A DNA stretch of 64,000 nucleotides from Stegostoma tigrinum (taxonomy: Eukaryota), in contig NC_081387.1 in assembly GCF_030684315.1 (NCBI RefSeq), forward strand, positions 16,337,409 through 16,401,408, given 5' to 3'. Both the position numbers and the translations under genes were made by a program. Shown here piece after piece: positions 37,105 through 49,690 of this stretch. A model generated the notes under the pieces. It was given only the letters and a program-made list of their open reading frames with translations, did no database searches and had not been told where the DNA came from. The first letter of the stretch is position 1; each line of letters opens with the position of its first letter.

Positions 37105-37370
37105 AGCCTTCCTGCTCCTAAGATGCTGCTTGGCCTGCTGTGTTCATTCAGCTCCACACCTTGTTACCAAGGACCCCTGCTCACTTTTCCAATCCCTGTC
37201 CTTATGGAGAAAGTGGAATTTGTAATCAGTATTTTCCCAAATTCTGGGCACTCACAGACAGTCTAGTCTCAGTATTGAACAATATATTTCCTGTGGCTTC
37301 TATCTTTCTTTCCCCTTTCCTAAATTGGTCTGTTCAAAGATGTTACTGTGTACTTCCTGATTTGGTGGGA

Positions 37371-37373
<3 letters not shown>

Positions 37374-37441
<68 letters not shown>
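37374..37441. repeat. (CA)n microsatellite
   Basis: About 34 uninterrupted CA units. Confidence 0.97.
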
Positions 37442-37442
<1 letters not shown>

Positions 37443-37604
37443 TCTCTCCCCCCTTCACATACACATACACGCACATTCCCCCTCCTCCCCCCACCATACA
37501 CACTCTCTCTACTGCGCCCCCCCCCCAAATACACGCATGTAAATCTATAGGTGAATTTGATTTTTCAGATATATTCTACATTTTTCACAAAACACACAAT
37601 TTAT

Positions 37605-37927
37605 AGATAATAAAATGTGAGGCTGGATGAACACAGCAGGCCAAGCAGCATCTCAGGAGCACAAAAGCTGACATTTCGGGCCTAGACCCTTCATCAGAAA
37701 ATTTTGAAGTCTAATTTGAAGTCTAGTTTCATGTTGGTTCAAATGTTTGACCCTCGTTTCCTTCTGAAACTAGACTTCAAATTAGACTTCAAAATTTTCT
37801 GATGAAGGGTCTAGGCCCGAAACGTCAGCTTTTGTGCTCCTGAGATGCTGCTTGGCCTGCTGTGTTCATCCAGCCTCACATTTTATTATCTTGGAATCTC
37901 CAGCATCTGCAGTTCCCATTATCTCTG
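37605..37927. mobile_element. Penelope-derived foldback insertion (127-bp inverted arms) with a target-site duplication
   Basis: Arms 37605-37731 and 37765-37891. acacaatttatagata occurs at 37594-37609 and 37928-37943. Confidence 0.85.
37799..37826 (+). ncRNA. Minimal hammerhead ribozyme motif (antisense twin at 37670-37697)
   Basis: CTGATGAAGGGTCTAGGCCCGAAACGTC. Confidence 0.65.
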
Positions 37928-38409
37928 ACACAATTTATAGATAGTCAGTCTCATAAATTCCTACTTTAGAAATAAAACCAGTCTGACTCCAAATCAAAAC
38001 TCACAACAGATTCTGAACAAGGCCTCACACCTAACATGCATAGTCTGACCTAAAATGTCACCTGGGATAATGGGAACTGCAGATGCTGGAGAATCCGAGA
38101 TAACAAAGTGTGGAGCTGGATGAACGCAGCAGGCCCAGCAGCATCTCAGGAGCACAATGTCACCTCTTCTTTACACTGATAAAACCTTTAGTTCTCACAG
38201 CACAGGGACTTGGAAGGAATTCTGGGATTTACATGTACATAATAATCAATTAAAGCTTTCTAAGTGATGAATGAGTTAACAGCATCTTAGGTTTGTTTAG
38301 TACATCCTCGTTAATGGTGTGACTTTTTGATCTCTTACTTACAAATTCTATGTCTTATGCTACCTCTCTCACTAATAGCTGAAGAGTGGGTAAGGATCCA
38401 AAAGCTTCT

Positions 38410-39385
38410 GAGATAATAGGAACTGCAGATGCTGGAGAATCCGAGATAACACGGATGAACACAACAGCCAAGCAGCATCTTGGGAGCAGGAAACCATTTT
38501 GGGCCCAGACTCTTCATCAGAAATGGGGGAGGGGAAGAGGGTTCTGAAATAGATAGGGAGAAAGGGGGAGGTGGATAGAAGATGGATAGAGGAGAAGATA
38601 GGTAGAGAGGAGACAGACAAGTTAAAGAGGTGGGAATGGAGCCAGTAAAGGTGAGTGTAGGCGGGGAGTTTGGGAGAAGATAGGTCAGTCCAGGGAGGAT
38701 TGACAGGTCAAGGGGGCGGGATGAGGTTAGTGGGTAGGAAATAGGGGTGCAGCTTGAGGTGGGAGGAGGGGATAGGTGAGGGGAAGAACAGATTAGGGAG
38801 GCTGGGATGAGCTGGGCTGGTTTTGGGATGTGGTGGGGGGAGGAGAGATTTTGAAGCTTGTGAAGTCCACATTGATACCATATGGCTGCAGGGTTCCCAA
38901 GCGGAATATGAGTTGCTGTTCCTGCAACCTTCGGGTGGCATCATTGTGACACTGCAGGAGGCCCAGGATGGACATGTCATCTGAGGAATGGGAGGGGGAG
39001 TTGAAATGGTTTGCGACAGGGAGGTGCAGTTGTTCATTGCAAACCAAGCATAGGTGTTCTACAAAGCAGTCCCCAAGCCTCCGCTTGGTTTCCCGATGTA
39101 TAGGAGGCCACAATAGGTACAGCGGATGCAGTATACCACATTAGCACATGTGCAAGTGAACCTCTGCTTAATGTGGAAAGTCTTCTTGGGGCCTGGGATG
39201 GGGGTGAGGGAGGAGGTGCGGGGGCAAGTGTAGCATTTCCTGCGGTTGCAGGGGAAGGTGCCGGGTGTGGTGGGGTTGGAGAAGAGTGTGGAGCGAACAA
39301 GGGAGTCACGGAGAGACTGGTCCCTCCAGAAAGCAGACAAGGGTGGGGTGGGAAAGATGTCTTTGGTGGTGGGGTAGGATTGCAG
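38410..39385 (-). mobile_element. Penelope-like retroelement 3' half (GIY-YIG domain plus terminal repeat)
   Basis: PGTFPCNRRKCYTC, FHIKQRFTCTCANVVYCIRCTYCGLLYIG.TKRRLGDCFVEHL and RLQEQQLIFRLGTLQPYGIN. Confidence 0.92.
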
Positions 39386-39465
39386 TTAGTTTTCGAATAA
39401 ATTTGCTGGGCTTTCACCTGGGGCTGTGTGATTTCTGGCTTACAACGCTAACTTGGTCAAGGATC

Positions 39466-39485
39466 TCCTCCACTAGATGGCGAGC
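39466..39485 (+). promoter_or_regulatory. CTCF-binding consensus site
   Basis: cctCCACTAGATGGCGagc matches the CTCF core CCASYAGRKGGCR and lies in non-repeat sequence. Confidence 0.55.
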
Positions 39486-39734
39486 GAGATCATTTATTGC
39501 GGGTCCTTTGCTTTCAGAGATTTAAAGTGATCGCCAGCAATTTGAAGAGATGAAGTACGGATTGCCTCAATGGGATGGTAGACATTTACTTCTTGTGTTT
39601 AAATGGATTTGGTAGAAAATGCACAAGAAAAACTGGGTTTAACTATGGAACAATGCTTTTAGACAAACAAATGAACAGGCAGGGAATGGCGGGATACAGA
39701 CCATGTGCAGGCAGACGATCGAACCCCTCTACTG

Positions 39735-40018
39735 TGGAAACAGGACTTTCTGCCCAATAAATCCACACTGAACCTCAGAGCATCCCACCCAGACCCATCC
39801 CCCTTTAATCCACCTAATCTACACATCCCTGAATACGACAGCAACGTAGCACAGCCAACCTGCCTCACCTGCACATCGTTTGGACTGTGGGAGGAAACCC
39901 ACGCAGGCACAGGGAGAATGTGCAAACTCCCCAGACAGTCACCCGAGGCTGGAATTGAACCTGGGTCCCTGGTGCTGTGAGGCAGCAGTGCTGACCACTG
40001 AGCCCCCGTGCCGCCCTG
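39735..40018 (-). mobile_element. tRNA-derived SINE (well preserved)
   Basis: Reverse strand ggcggcacgggggctcagtggtcagcactgctgcctcacagcaccagggacccaggttcaattccagc, with A and B boxes. Confidence 0.85.
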
Positions 40019-40038
40019 TGATCAGTTTAGAATGGCAG

Positions 40039-41243
40039 TGATAATGGAAACTGCAGATGCTGGAGAATCCAAGATAACAAAGTGTGAAGCTGGATGAACA
40101 CAGCAGGCCAAGCAGCATCTCAGGAGCACAAAAGCTGACGTTTCTGGCCTAGGCCCTTCATCAGAGAGGGGGATGGGGAGAGGGAACTGGAATAAATAGG
40201 GAGAGAGGGGGAGGCAGACCGAATATGGAGAGAAAAGAAGATAGGTGGAGAGAGTATAGGTGAGGAGGTAGGGAGGAGATAGGTCAGTCCAGGGAAGACG
40301 GACATGTCAAGGAGGCGGGATGAGGTGGTAGGTAGGAAGTGGAGGTGCGGCTTGAGGTGGGAGGAAGGGATGGGTGAGAGGAAGAACAGGTTCAGGAAGC
40401 GGAGACAGGTTGGGATGGTTTTGGGATGTAGTGGGGGAAGGGGAGATTTTGAAGCTTGTGAAGTCCACATTGATACCATTGGGCTGCAGGGTTCCCAAGC
40501 GGAATATGAGTTGCTGTTCCTGCAACCTTTGCGTGCCATCCTTGTGGCACTGCAGGAGGCCCACGATGGACATGTCGTCTGAGGAATTGGAGGGGGAGTT
40601 AAAATGGTTTGCAACTGGGAGGTGCAGTTGTTTGTTGCGAACTGAGCGGAGGTGTTCTGCAAAGCGGTCCTCAAGCCTCCGCTTGGTTTCCCCAACCTGA
40701 AGGTTGCAGGAACAGCAACTCATATTCCGCTTGGGAACCCTGCAGCCCAATGGTATCAATGTGGACTTCACAAACGTCAAAATCTCCCCTTCCCCCACCG
40801 CATCCCAAAACCAGCCCAGTTCGTCCCCTCCCCCCTACTGCATCCCAAAACCAGCCCAGTTCTTCCCCTCCCCCCACTGCATCCCAAAACCAGTCCAACC
40901 TGTCTCTGCCGCCCTAACCTGTTCTTCCTCTCACCCATCCCTTCCTCCCACCTCAAGACGCACCTCCATTTCCTACCTACCACCTCATCCCGCCTCCTTG
41001 ACCTGTCCGTGTTCCCTGGACTGACCTATCCCCTCGCTGCCTCCTCACCTATACTCTCCTCTCTACCTATCTTCTTTTCTCTCCATCTTCGGTCCGGCTC
41101 CCCCTCTCTCCCTATTTATTCCAGTTCCCTCTCCCCAGCCCCCTCTCTGATGAAGGGTCTAGGCCCGAAACATCAGCTTTTGTGCTCCTGAGATGCTGCT
41201 TGGCCTGCTGTGTTCATCCAGCTCCACACTTTGTTATCTTAGC
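40039..41243. mobile_element. Penelope-like insertion with a large inverted duplication of its 3' end
   Basis: GIY-YIG tail on - (40307-40695) and on + (40700-41240). ttagaatggcag is duplicated at 40027-40038 and 41244-41255. Hammerhead cores at 40137-40164 (-) and 41147-41174 (+). Confidence 0.9.
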
Positions 41244-41709
41244 TTAGAATGGCAGCATGATTGCACAGACATGGTGGGCCAAAGGGCCTGTTCCTGTGCC
41301 ACACTGCTCTAATCAGGCAGCCTTTCTGTATTTTTAAGTGAAATGTGGGAATTCCTTGTGTTGATCAGTGAGTGGAGGAAAGGTTACTGAATCTCGGTGT
41401 TGTTCAAAGTGGGCATAATTTCCCAAGTTAATTCAGTGAGAGGATGGAAGCATTTTCTCCTCACCCGGCAGCTCTGAAGTACATTGGGGCCATCATGGTG
41501 TGATGTGTACGTTGAACTGTTGGAGAGTAGGGAGCCTGTAACCACAGGTTGTTGAATCATCCTGTCTGGTCTGTGAATAATGGAGTCACATTGACAGAGA
41601 CAAAGAACAGCTCACTCAGGACTGGAAACCGTTGCAAACTCCTTCGTTGCTCTGGTTATAATTAGCACACACTATCTTGTCTTAATTTGCCTTTGACCAC
41701 AAGTGCATC

Positions 41710-42490
41710 AGGAAGTAGTCAGCGTGTAACATCCTTGAGACTCTGCAGGAAGAGGAGAGGGTGTATCCTGTCTGGTTGTTCCCTGAGCAGATGACCAAAG
41801 TGAATTGGCACCGGCCATCATCAGCAGCACTTTCGAACGAGCACCAAGACATGGCTTGGCTGGCGGTGAGAACAGCACTACCTGTGAGATCCTTCGCTTA
41901 CAACCAGTCGGTCTGCTCCATCATGCACTGCCCTTGAAGCAGGGATTGGGTGTTGAGATTGTCACAACTCTCTGTCTGGAATGTGCCTTTGCAAAGGAAG
42001 TCTGGAGGAAGATTCAGTGGTTTTTGGCGAGGTTCGACCTGAACAGCTCCGTAATCCGTGTCTGTTCCCTGAGACAGACAACGACTGCGCCTGGAGGACC
42101 ATCAGCTCGGTGAAAGTCCCTCTTTGGTCTGCCTGCAACTTGTTGGTCTTCCAGAGCAAGGAGCTGACCCTGACCGAGTGTTGCAGACTGGCACATTCCA
42201 AGGTCCAGGACTAGGTGCTGAGGGACGCACTACAGCTTGGGGCAGCTGCTGCCAAGGGGCAGTGGGGAAAGACCACCATCTGAGGCCTTTCTGCCAAAAT
42301 ACAACGGGGTCCATTCAGTTACCTCCCGGTGCCTGAAATGTATGTGAATGATATCTTTCACAAATAAGAGGTGCCTTCGGGTTGTCAAAACTTTCAGGAA
42401 AGTCAAAATCCAATGTTTGTTTGTTTCTACATATGCAAAGACAGTACAGAACCAAACTGTGAATAAAGTATATTTCTGAAATTATAAAAA
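41710..42490 (+). mobile_element. L1/Tx1-clade LINE 3' fragment (zinc-binding C-terminal region)
   Basis: LCLECAFAKEVWRKIQWFLARF and CAWRTISSVK.PLWSACNLLVFQSKELTLTECCRLAHSKVQDY, followed by aataaa and an A-rich end. Confidence 0.7.
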
Positions 42491-43859
42491 ACCATGAAAC
42501 AATACTGATTATCATATTTGACAATCTATATTAGGCTTCAGTCACATGGGACCCTCGTGGCACAATGGTAGTGCCCCTACGTCGAAGTCAAGTGGGCAGG
42601 CTCAAATCCCAGCTGTGCCAGAGGTGTACAATGAATAGGTTGATTAAAAGGTATGCACTCGTGGGCCTCTGTGCAGCAAGGGTCATGCTCCAATTTTTTT
42701 TTAACAAAGTTGAGCACACTTTTAAAGTGAAAGGCAGGAGATTTGAGGAAAGGCTTTTTCTCCCAGATGGTAGTGGAGGGCAGGAATGCAGTGCCTGAGA
42801 TGGTAGTTGAGTTTTGTAACCTCACAACCTTTGAAAGATGTGTGGATGAGCACTTGAAGTATCATAGCACTGAAAGCTATGGGCCTAGTGAGGCACAGTG
42901 GGACTAGCATAGGCTGCAGTATAGTTTTGGTGATACAGACATGACAAGCAAAGGACCTGTTCTGTACTACTTTACAATTCAATGAACTGTCAAAAATCAT
43001 AGGTTGTTACTTTGAAAGTTCCTTCTTTAAAAATAACTAACCAATACAGATTTTTAATTGGTCTATGCGCGTCGTTACTGACTTGTTTAATCTCTTAACT
43101 GCTCAAATCTTTTTATAGAAAGTACATTATTGCCTGTTTGAACACAGGGAGCTCTCATTGCATTGTGTCACATGTCCCAAAGTCAACTGATTCATGCCCA
43201 GCTTGACACCGAGTCAGGAGAAGTTTTCAGGCATTCGGAATGGCTACCTCAATTGGAGGCTTTGGGCCCTGCAGAAATCAAGTAGAGGCCTAATACATGT
43301 TTTTGGGTCTTCTGGGGACACCGAGGTTCAAAGCCTACTTCTACCAACGGTGCTGTCCCACTGAAAGGTCGGTCTTTCCCCTTTGTGGTATTCTCCACCC
43401 CCCGAGGAGTGGGGAGGGAATGCCTCTGAGACCCCTCTCTCAGGGGCCTCAGTTGTCTCACTCCTTTGCCTCTGATGTGGTCTATCAGCAGACCGTATTT
43501 AAATTCCCTTCATTCGATCTTCCTGTTTCTTCTTAAATTTGTTCAATGAGTGTGAGCATTTTTTTCCAGCAATTAATTTCCATCCCTTCTTGCCCTGGAG
43601 AAGGTGATGGGGAGCTGCCTTATTGAACTGCTGTGGTTGTTGTATAGAGACACCCACAATGCTTTAAGAAGAACATTGGCCAATTAATGCGAAAGAACAG
43701 TGATATGGTTCCAAGTCGGGATGGTGTGTGTTTTGAGAGGCATTTGCTGGTGGTAGTGTTCATTGTACGGATCCTCGGTGACCATGTACCCCTGGTTCTT
43801 TACCTGGAGAAACCTCAGACACTAAGTCCTAGTTTCAACATAGATCCTTTTACACAAAA

Positions 43860-44995
43860 ACATAGGAAAATAGAACATAGAACAATGCAGCACAGTACAG
43901 GCCCTTTGGCCCACGATGTTGTGCCAACCTATTATCCTGCTGAGATCAATCTACCCTGCATACCCTACATTTTACTCTCCTCCATGTGCTTGTCCAAGAG
44001 TCGCTTAAAAGTCTCTAAAGTATCTGACTCCACTACCACTGCCAGCAGCCCATTCCACATGCCCACCACTCTCTGTGTGAAGCACCTACCTCTGACATCT
44101 CCCACATACCTCCCTCCAATCACCTTAAAATTATGTCCCCTCGTAATACTCATTTCCCCCCGGGGAAAAAGTCTCTGACTATCCACTCTATCTATGCCTC
44201 ATCATCTTGTACACCTCTATCAAGTCACCTCTCCATCCTTTTTCCCTCCAATGAAAAAAGGTCCTAGCTCCCTCAAACTTTCCTCATAAGACCTGCCGTC
44301 CAGTTTAGGCAGCATCCTGGTAAATCTCCTATACACCCTCTCTAAAGCTTCCATATCCTTCCTATAATGAGGTGATCAGAACTGAACACATTATTCCACG
44401 TGTGGTCTAACCAGGGTTTTATAGGCATAGGAGTCTGCCATTCGACTCTTTCAGCTACTCCACCAGTCAATACGGTTATGGCTGATCATCAAAATCAACA
44501 GCCTGCTTCTAATTTTCCCCAATGCTCTTTGATCTCTCTACTGCTATATTCAACTCAGTTATGAAATCACTGAATGTTTTGCTCTCAACTGCTTCCTGTG
44601 ATAGCAAATTCCACTGGCTTGTCACTCTCTGAGCGAGTAAATCTCTGCTCATCTCACACCTAAGTGACCTACCTCATATCCTTAAACAGTGGTCACTGTC
44701 TCGGAGTTCCTTCACCACTGGGAACATTCTCCCTGCGTGCATTCCCTGTCTGGCCCTCTTAGAAGTTTGTAGGTTTCTACGCGACACCTCACATTCTTGT
44801 GATTTCCACCATATACATTCTGAAACGATTAAACCTCCCCTCTCTTATCAGTCCTGCCATCCCAAGAATCAGTCCGGTAAATGTTCGCTGAACTCCCTCC
44901 ATAGCCAGGACGTCCTTCTTCAGATGAAGAGAGCAAAACTACACAGTGCTTTCACCATACTCTGTACATTTGCAGCAAGACATCCCTGCTCTTGC
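43860..44995 (-). mobile_element. Two tandem CR1 3' fragments
   Basis: DSQRLFPRGEMSITRGHNFKVIGGRY..FTQRVVGMWNGL and a (TTCTATG)n tail. Confidence 0.85.
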
Positions 44996-45519
44996 TCCAT
45001 GATGATTGAAGTAGCGATGGGGCTTCCAAATGCAACGGCTAACATTTCATCCAGTGAAAACTTTGGGACTGTATACTACATCGACCCATAACTCACATTG
45101 AATGTCAGCAGTTAATGTAAAATACCCTAGTGTCAGTGGCTCAGGCTCTTGGCCTAGCAAAGTAATACACTATGGCAAGCCCCACGTCTCCACTCCCCCA
45201 GCATTGGTAATTTGAAATAACAAGGTGTAGAGCTAGATGAACGCAGCAGGCCAAGCAGCATCAGAGGTGCAGGAAAGCTGACGTTTCGGGCCTAGAAAAT
45301 TTTGAATTCTAATTTGAAGTCTAGTTCCATGCACTTTTGTTGCTGATCAAATGGGTATGTGAGAAAAGGATAATTGAACACCTGAAATTTTGTGAGCCCT
45401 TCCATGGGATTGTAAAAGGGGTGGAATTGCACTGGAAGATCTGATTTCTTGTGAGCTGTTGGTGAGTTGACGTGTCTGAAAGTGAAACTGCTTTCCCCGT
45501 TCAACTGGTCAATGTGCTG

Positions 45520-46375
45520 AGGTCAGATTGGGATATTTTCTAAGATTGCAAAGGGATTTTATCAAATCGGTCAATGGACCAAAAAATTGCAGGAGTTCAA
45601 TCTGGATAAATGCAAGGTAGTGCATTTTGGTACACCTGGGCAGGACTTATACAATTAATGGTAGGATCTTGGGTAGTATTGCAAAGCAGAGAAACCCAGG
45701 GGTGCAGGTACATAATTCTTTGAAGTTTGCATCACATATAGACAGGTGGTTAATAAGGCATTTGACACACTTGCCTTCATTGCTCAGTCCTATGAGTACA
45801 GGAGCTGAGGTTGTACAGGACATTGGTGAGGCCTCTTCTGGAGTATTATATCCAGTTCTGGTTGCCCATTAATGGGAAGGATTTATTAAGCTATAGAAGG
45901 TTCAGAAAAGATTTACCAGCATGTTGCCGGGTAAGGAAGGTTTCAGTTATAAGTAAATGCTGGATAGGCTGGGGCCTTTTTCACTGAAGGATGGGAGTTG
46001 AGATGTGACCCTACAGAGGTTTATAAAATCGTGAGGGGCATAGATAGCATTAATGGTAGGCGTCTTTTCCCTAGGATGGAGAATTTCAAGACCAGAGGGC
46101 ATATTTTTAAGATGACAGGAGAGATATTCAAAAAGGGATTCATGAAGGGCAAATATTTTACACAGAGGGTGGTTAGTGTGTGGAATGAACTTCCTGAGGA
46201 ATTGATAGATGTGGGCATAGCTACATTTAAAGACTCTTAGAAAAATACATGAATGGGAAAGGTTCAGAGGGATATGGGCTAGCACAGGCAGGTTGGGACT
46301 AGCTTAGTTTGCAATAATGGTCAGCGTGGACTGTTTGCACTGAAGGGCCTGTTTCCATGCTGTATGACTCTATGA
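45520..46375 (+). mobile_element. CR1 3' fragment
   Basis: EVYKIVRGIDSINGRRLFPRMENFKTRGHIFK..FTQRVVSVWNELP. Confidence 0.88.
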
Positions 46376-46664
46376 GAGAACAGCTTTCAAGGACATACAT
46401 CCAAGAATTGCTTTTTATCAATGATATGATGTAACTGTGCATGTGATATTTTTAATAGTGATGCCAATCTCACATGTTGGGATCAGACGCTGCCATATGA
46501 TGAAAGGTAGACTTAGAAAGGGACTGCAGGAGCAGATAGATCTGGATGCACACATGCGTAAGCCATTGTAGGCATCAGGACAGGTTGAAACAGCAGTGAA
46601 TAAAGCAGACAGCAAACTGGGTTCTACTGCAGGAGCAAGGAGATCATCTTGCATTCCTTATGAA

Positions 46665-47670
46665 GCCATAGAGTCATGGAAACAGACCATTTTATCCAAC
46701 CAGTCCATGCCGACTGTGCGCCCAAACAAAACTAGTCCCATGTCCCTCCAATTCATGTACTTATCCAAATGTCTTTTAAACATTGTGACTGTAACTGCAT
46801 CTATCACTTCCTCTGGAAGCTCATTTCACACATGAACCGTGCAAAACAGTTGCCCCTCATGTCCCTTTTTTTAAAACGTACCCCTCTCACCTTAAAAATA
46901 TGTTATCTAGTTTTGGAACACCCTGCTTAGGGAAAAGATCCTTGCTATTCACCTTATCTATGCCTCTCATGATTTTATAAATCTCTAAAAGGGCATGCTT
47001 CTGCCTCAAACACTCCAGTTAAGAATAAAGTCCCAGCCTACTGTTGTAACTCCAACCCCTAATTTCCCGCAACAACCTGATAAATCTTTTCTAAACCCTC
47101 CCCAATTTAATAATATCCTTCCAAAAGCACAGCGACCAGAACTGCACACAATACCCAGAGGAGGCCGCACCAATATCCTGTACAAACTCAACATGATGCC
47201 CCAACTCCTAAATTCAAAGTTCTGAGCAATGAAGGCCAGTGTGCTAAATACCTTCTTAATTACCCTGTCTACCTGTGGTGTAAATTTCAAAGAATTATGT
47301 ACCTGAACCCCTAGCTAACTCTGTTCCACTACCCGGAGCCCGACTATTAATTGTATAAGTCCTGCCCGGATTTGTTTTACCAAAATGCAACACACAACAT
47401 TTAACTAAATTAAACTCAATCTGCCACTCCTTAGCCCATTGACCCAATTTATCTAGAACTCTTTGTAATTTTGGATAACCTACTTCACTGTTGACTGTCC
47501 CACCAATTATGGCGTCATCTACAAACTTGCTAACCATGCCTCATCCAAATCATTTATATAAAGAACAACAAAAGTGGACCCAGCACTCATCCTGGTGGGA
47601 AACCACTGGTGACAGGCCTCCAGTCTGACAAAACAATCCTCCACCACCACTCTCTGTCTCCTACAGTCAA
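46665..47670 (-). mobile_element. CR1 3' fragment
   Basis: MVSKFVDDAIIGG (the FADD motif of RT), WQIEFNLVKC.VLHFGK and LSLYRILVRP. Confidence 0.88.
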
Positions 47671-49419
47671 GCCTTGCCTCCACATTTTAGAGATGAAGGC
47701 ATTTGAACAGAGCACAGAGGAGATTTGTGAGTGATAAGAAACTTGAGATATTTGGAGCATTTTCTTCGAAGAAAAGACAAAGATTTAGTAGAGATTTTCA
47801 AAACGATAATTTGGACAGAAGAGAAGGGAGAAATTATTCCCACTCACAAAAGGACTGAGGACAAGATGGCACAAGTTTGAAGTAGTTTGTAAAAGAGGTA
47901 AAAACAGCAGCATGATTTTCACACAGTGAGTGGTTAAAGTCTGCAATGTTGAGCTGGGCGGTGTGGTGGAGAAAGGTTTAACTAAAGCATTCAAAGCGAA
48001 TGAGACTGTCATCTGAAGACGAAGAAGCATGTGGACGGTTGCAAATACTATATTCAAAGATATAAATTCACAACAGATCTGTCAGCTCAACATTATCACC
48101 CATAAGATGCTGTAGCTCAGGGGAAGCTGCAGAATTGTATTCAACTTCAACTTGCAACCTTTGGGCCCGGCTTATATTTTACCACCAGGTAAAGTTAAAA
48201 GGTAAAGTGACTAGAGTTCCAGAGGCTTTCTCATTTCATAGAGACACCCGGTGGTGGCTTAACCTGAGGGTCACCATGCCGCAGGAGTGGGGAGAGGTTG
48301 AGAAGGAGAGTCCTTCAAAGTAACCTCAGTCAAAGTGTGAAACTATCCTGAGAAATGTCGGAGAGCATGCTTGTGGCAGCACCTGATAAAGATGCGGCGT
48401 CTTAGACATCTTTCTTATAGCGGGGAGACCAGAATTGAACGCAATATACCAAAAGTGGACTAACCAATGACCAGCTACAACGCGGCCTCCCAACTCCTAT
48501 ATACTCAATACCTGACGAAGGAAGGCAAGTATACCAAACAGCTTCGACACTATCCTGTCTACCTGTGACTCAACTTTCAAGGAACTCTGAACCTGCAATC
48601 CAAGGTTTCTTTGCTTGGTAAGACTCCCTGGGCCCTACTATTCGCTGTATAATTCCTGCCCTGATTTGCCTCACTAAAATACCACACCTCACGCTTATTG
48701 AAATTAAACTACAGGATGCTCAGCTCGAGACCCAGCACAGACATGATGGGCTGAGTGGCCTCCTTCTACAATGGCAACGCCTCTGTAATTCTGTGTAAGC
48801 TTTTTGAATTGTCATAAAAACCCATCTGGTTCACTAATGTCCTTAAGGGGCGCTCATCCTTACCTCATCGTGTGACTGCAAATCCACACCAATGAGCTTG
48901 CCCTCTGAAAAGGCCTAGCAAATTATTTTGTTGTCTCAAAGCTGCTACAAAATCTAAAGAAAGGTTGTGGGGGTGGGTGGTGGGAAACCCTGCCTTCAAT
49001 TCACGCTCCCAGGGTCCTTACAATCAGCTGCTGTCTGATACCTACTGGTTTTGAAGTAATGAACCCCAGAATGGCTGACCAAATTAACTTTAAACCTCTT
49101 TGGAAAAATAAACCTACACTCACATGCTACTAGCTTGAAATCCAAACTCATAAAATAGCTAGATTAATATAGCAAAGTAACATGCCTTTCTTCTCTCAAG
49201 GGCAGAGGCAGAGTCTGATATCATACAGACAGTAGATGGAGGATGTAAATAGGAGAGAATAACTTTGGGTTTTCTCCCATTCACTCAGGCAATATGGGTT
49301 TTGCTGGCTGCCCAGATATTACGGCCAATCTCTAATGGTCCTCTAGGAGCTCATCGGGAGTAGGATTGTTGAATCGCTGCAGTGCATTTGGTGTTGGCTC
49401 ACCCATAAAATCCTGACAG

Positions 49420-49690
49420 GGTGGAGCTACGCCATTCTGCCCATCAAGTACACAACAGCCCTCTGAAGAACATCACACCCACGAACCACCGTATCCCCAT
49501 AAACCTGCATTTCCCATGGCCAATCCACCTAACCTGCACATCTTTGGATTGGGAGGGGGGAGGAACCCCCCACCCAGATAGAAGGAGAATGTGCAAACTC
49601 CAGAGGACAGCTGCCTGAGGGCAGAATCGAACCTGGATCCCTGGTGCTGTGAGGCAGCAGTGCTAACCATGGACACACCATGCCACCCAT
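49420..49690 (-). mobile_element. tRNA-derived SINE
   Basis: Reverse strand ggttagcactgctgcctcacagcaccagggatccaggttcgattc. Confidence 0.8.

Noticed and set aside
37140-37550. His-Thr / Cys-Val repeat proteins
   Set aside because: Translations of the (CA)n microsatellite.
39960-40018. tRNA gene
   Set aside because: The A/B boxes belong to a SINE head followed by SINE core and tail. No complete cloverleaf is evident.
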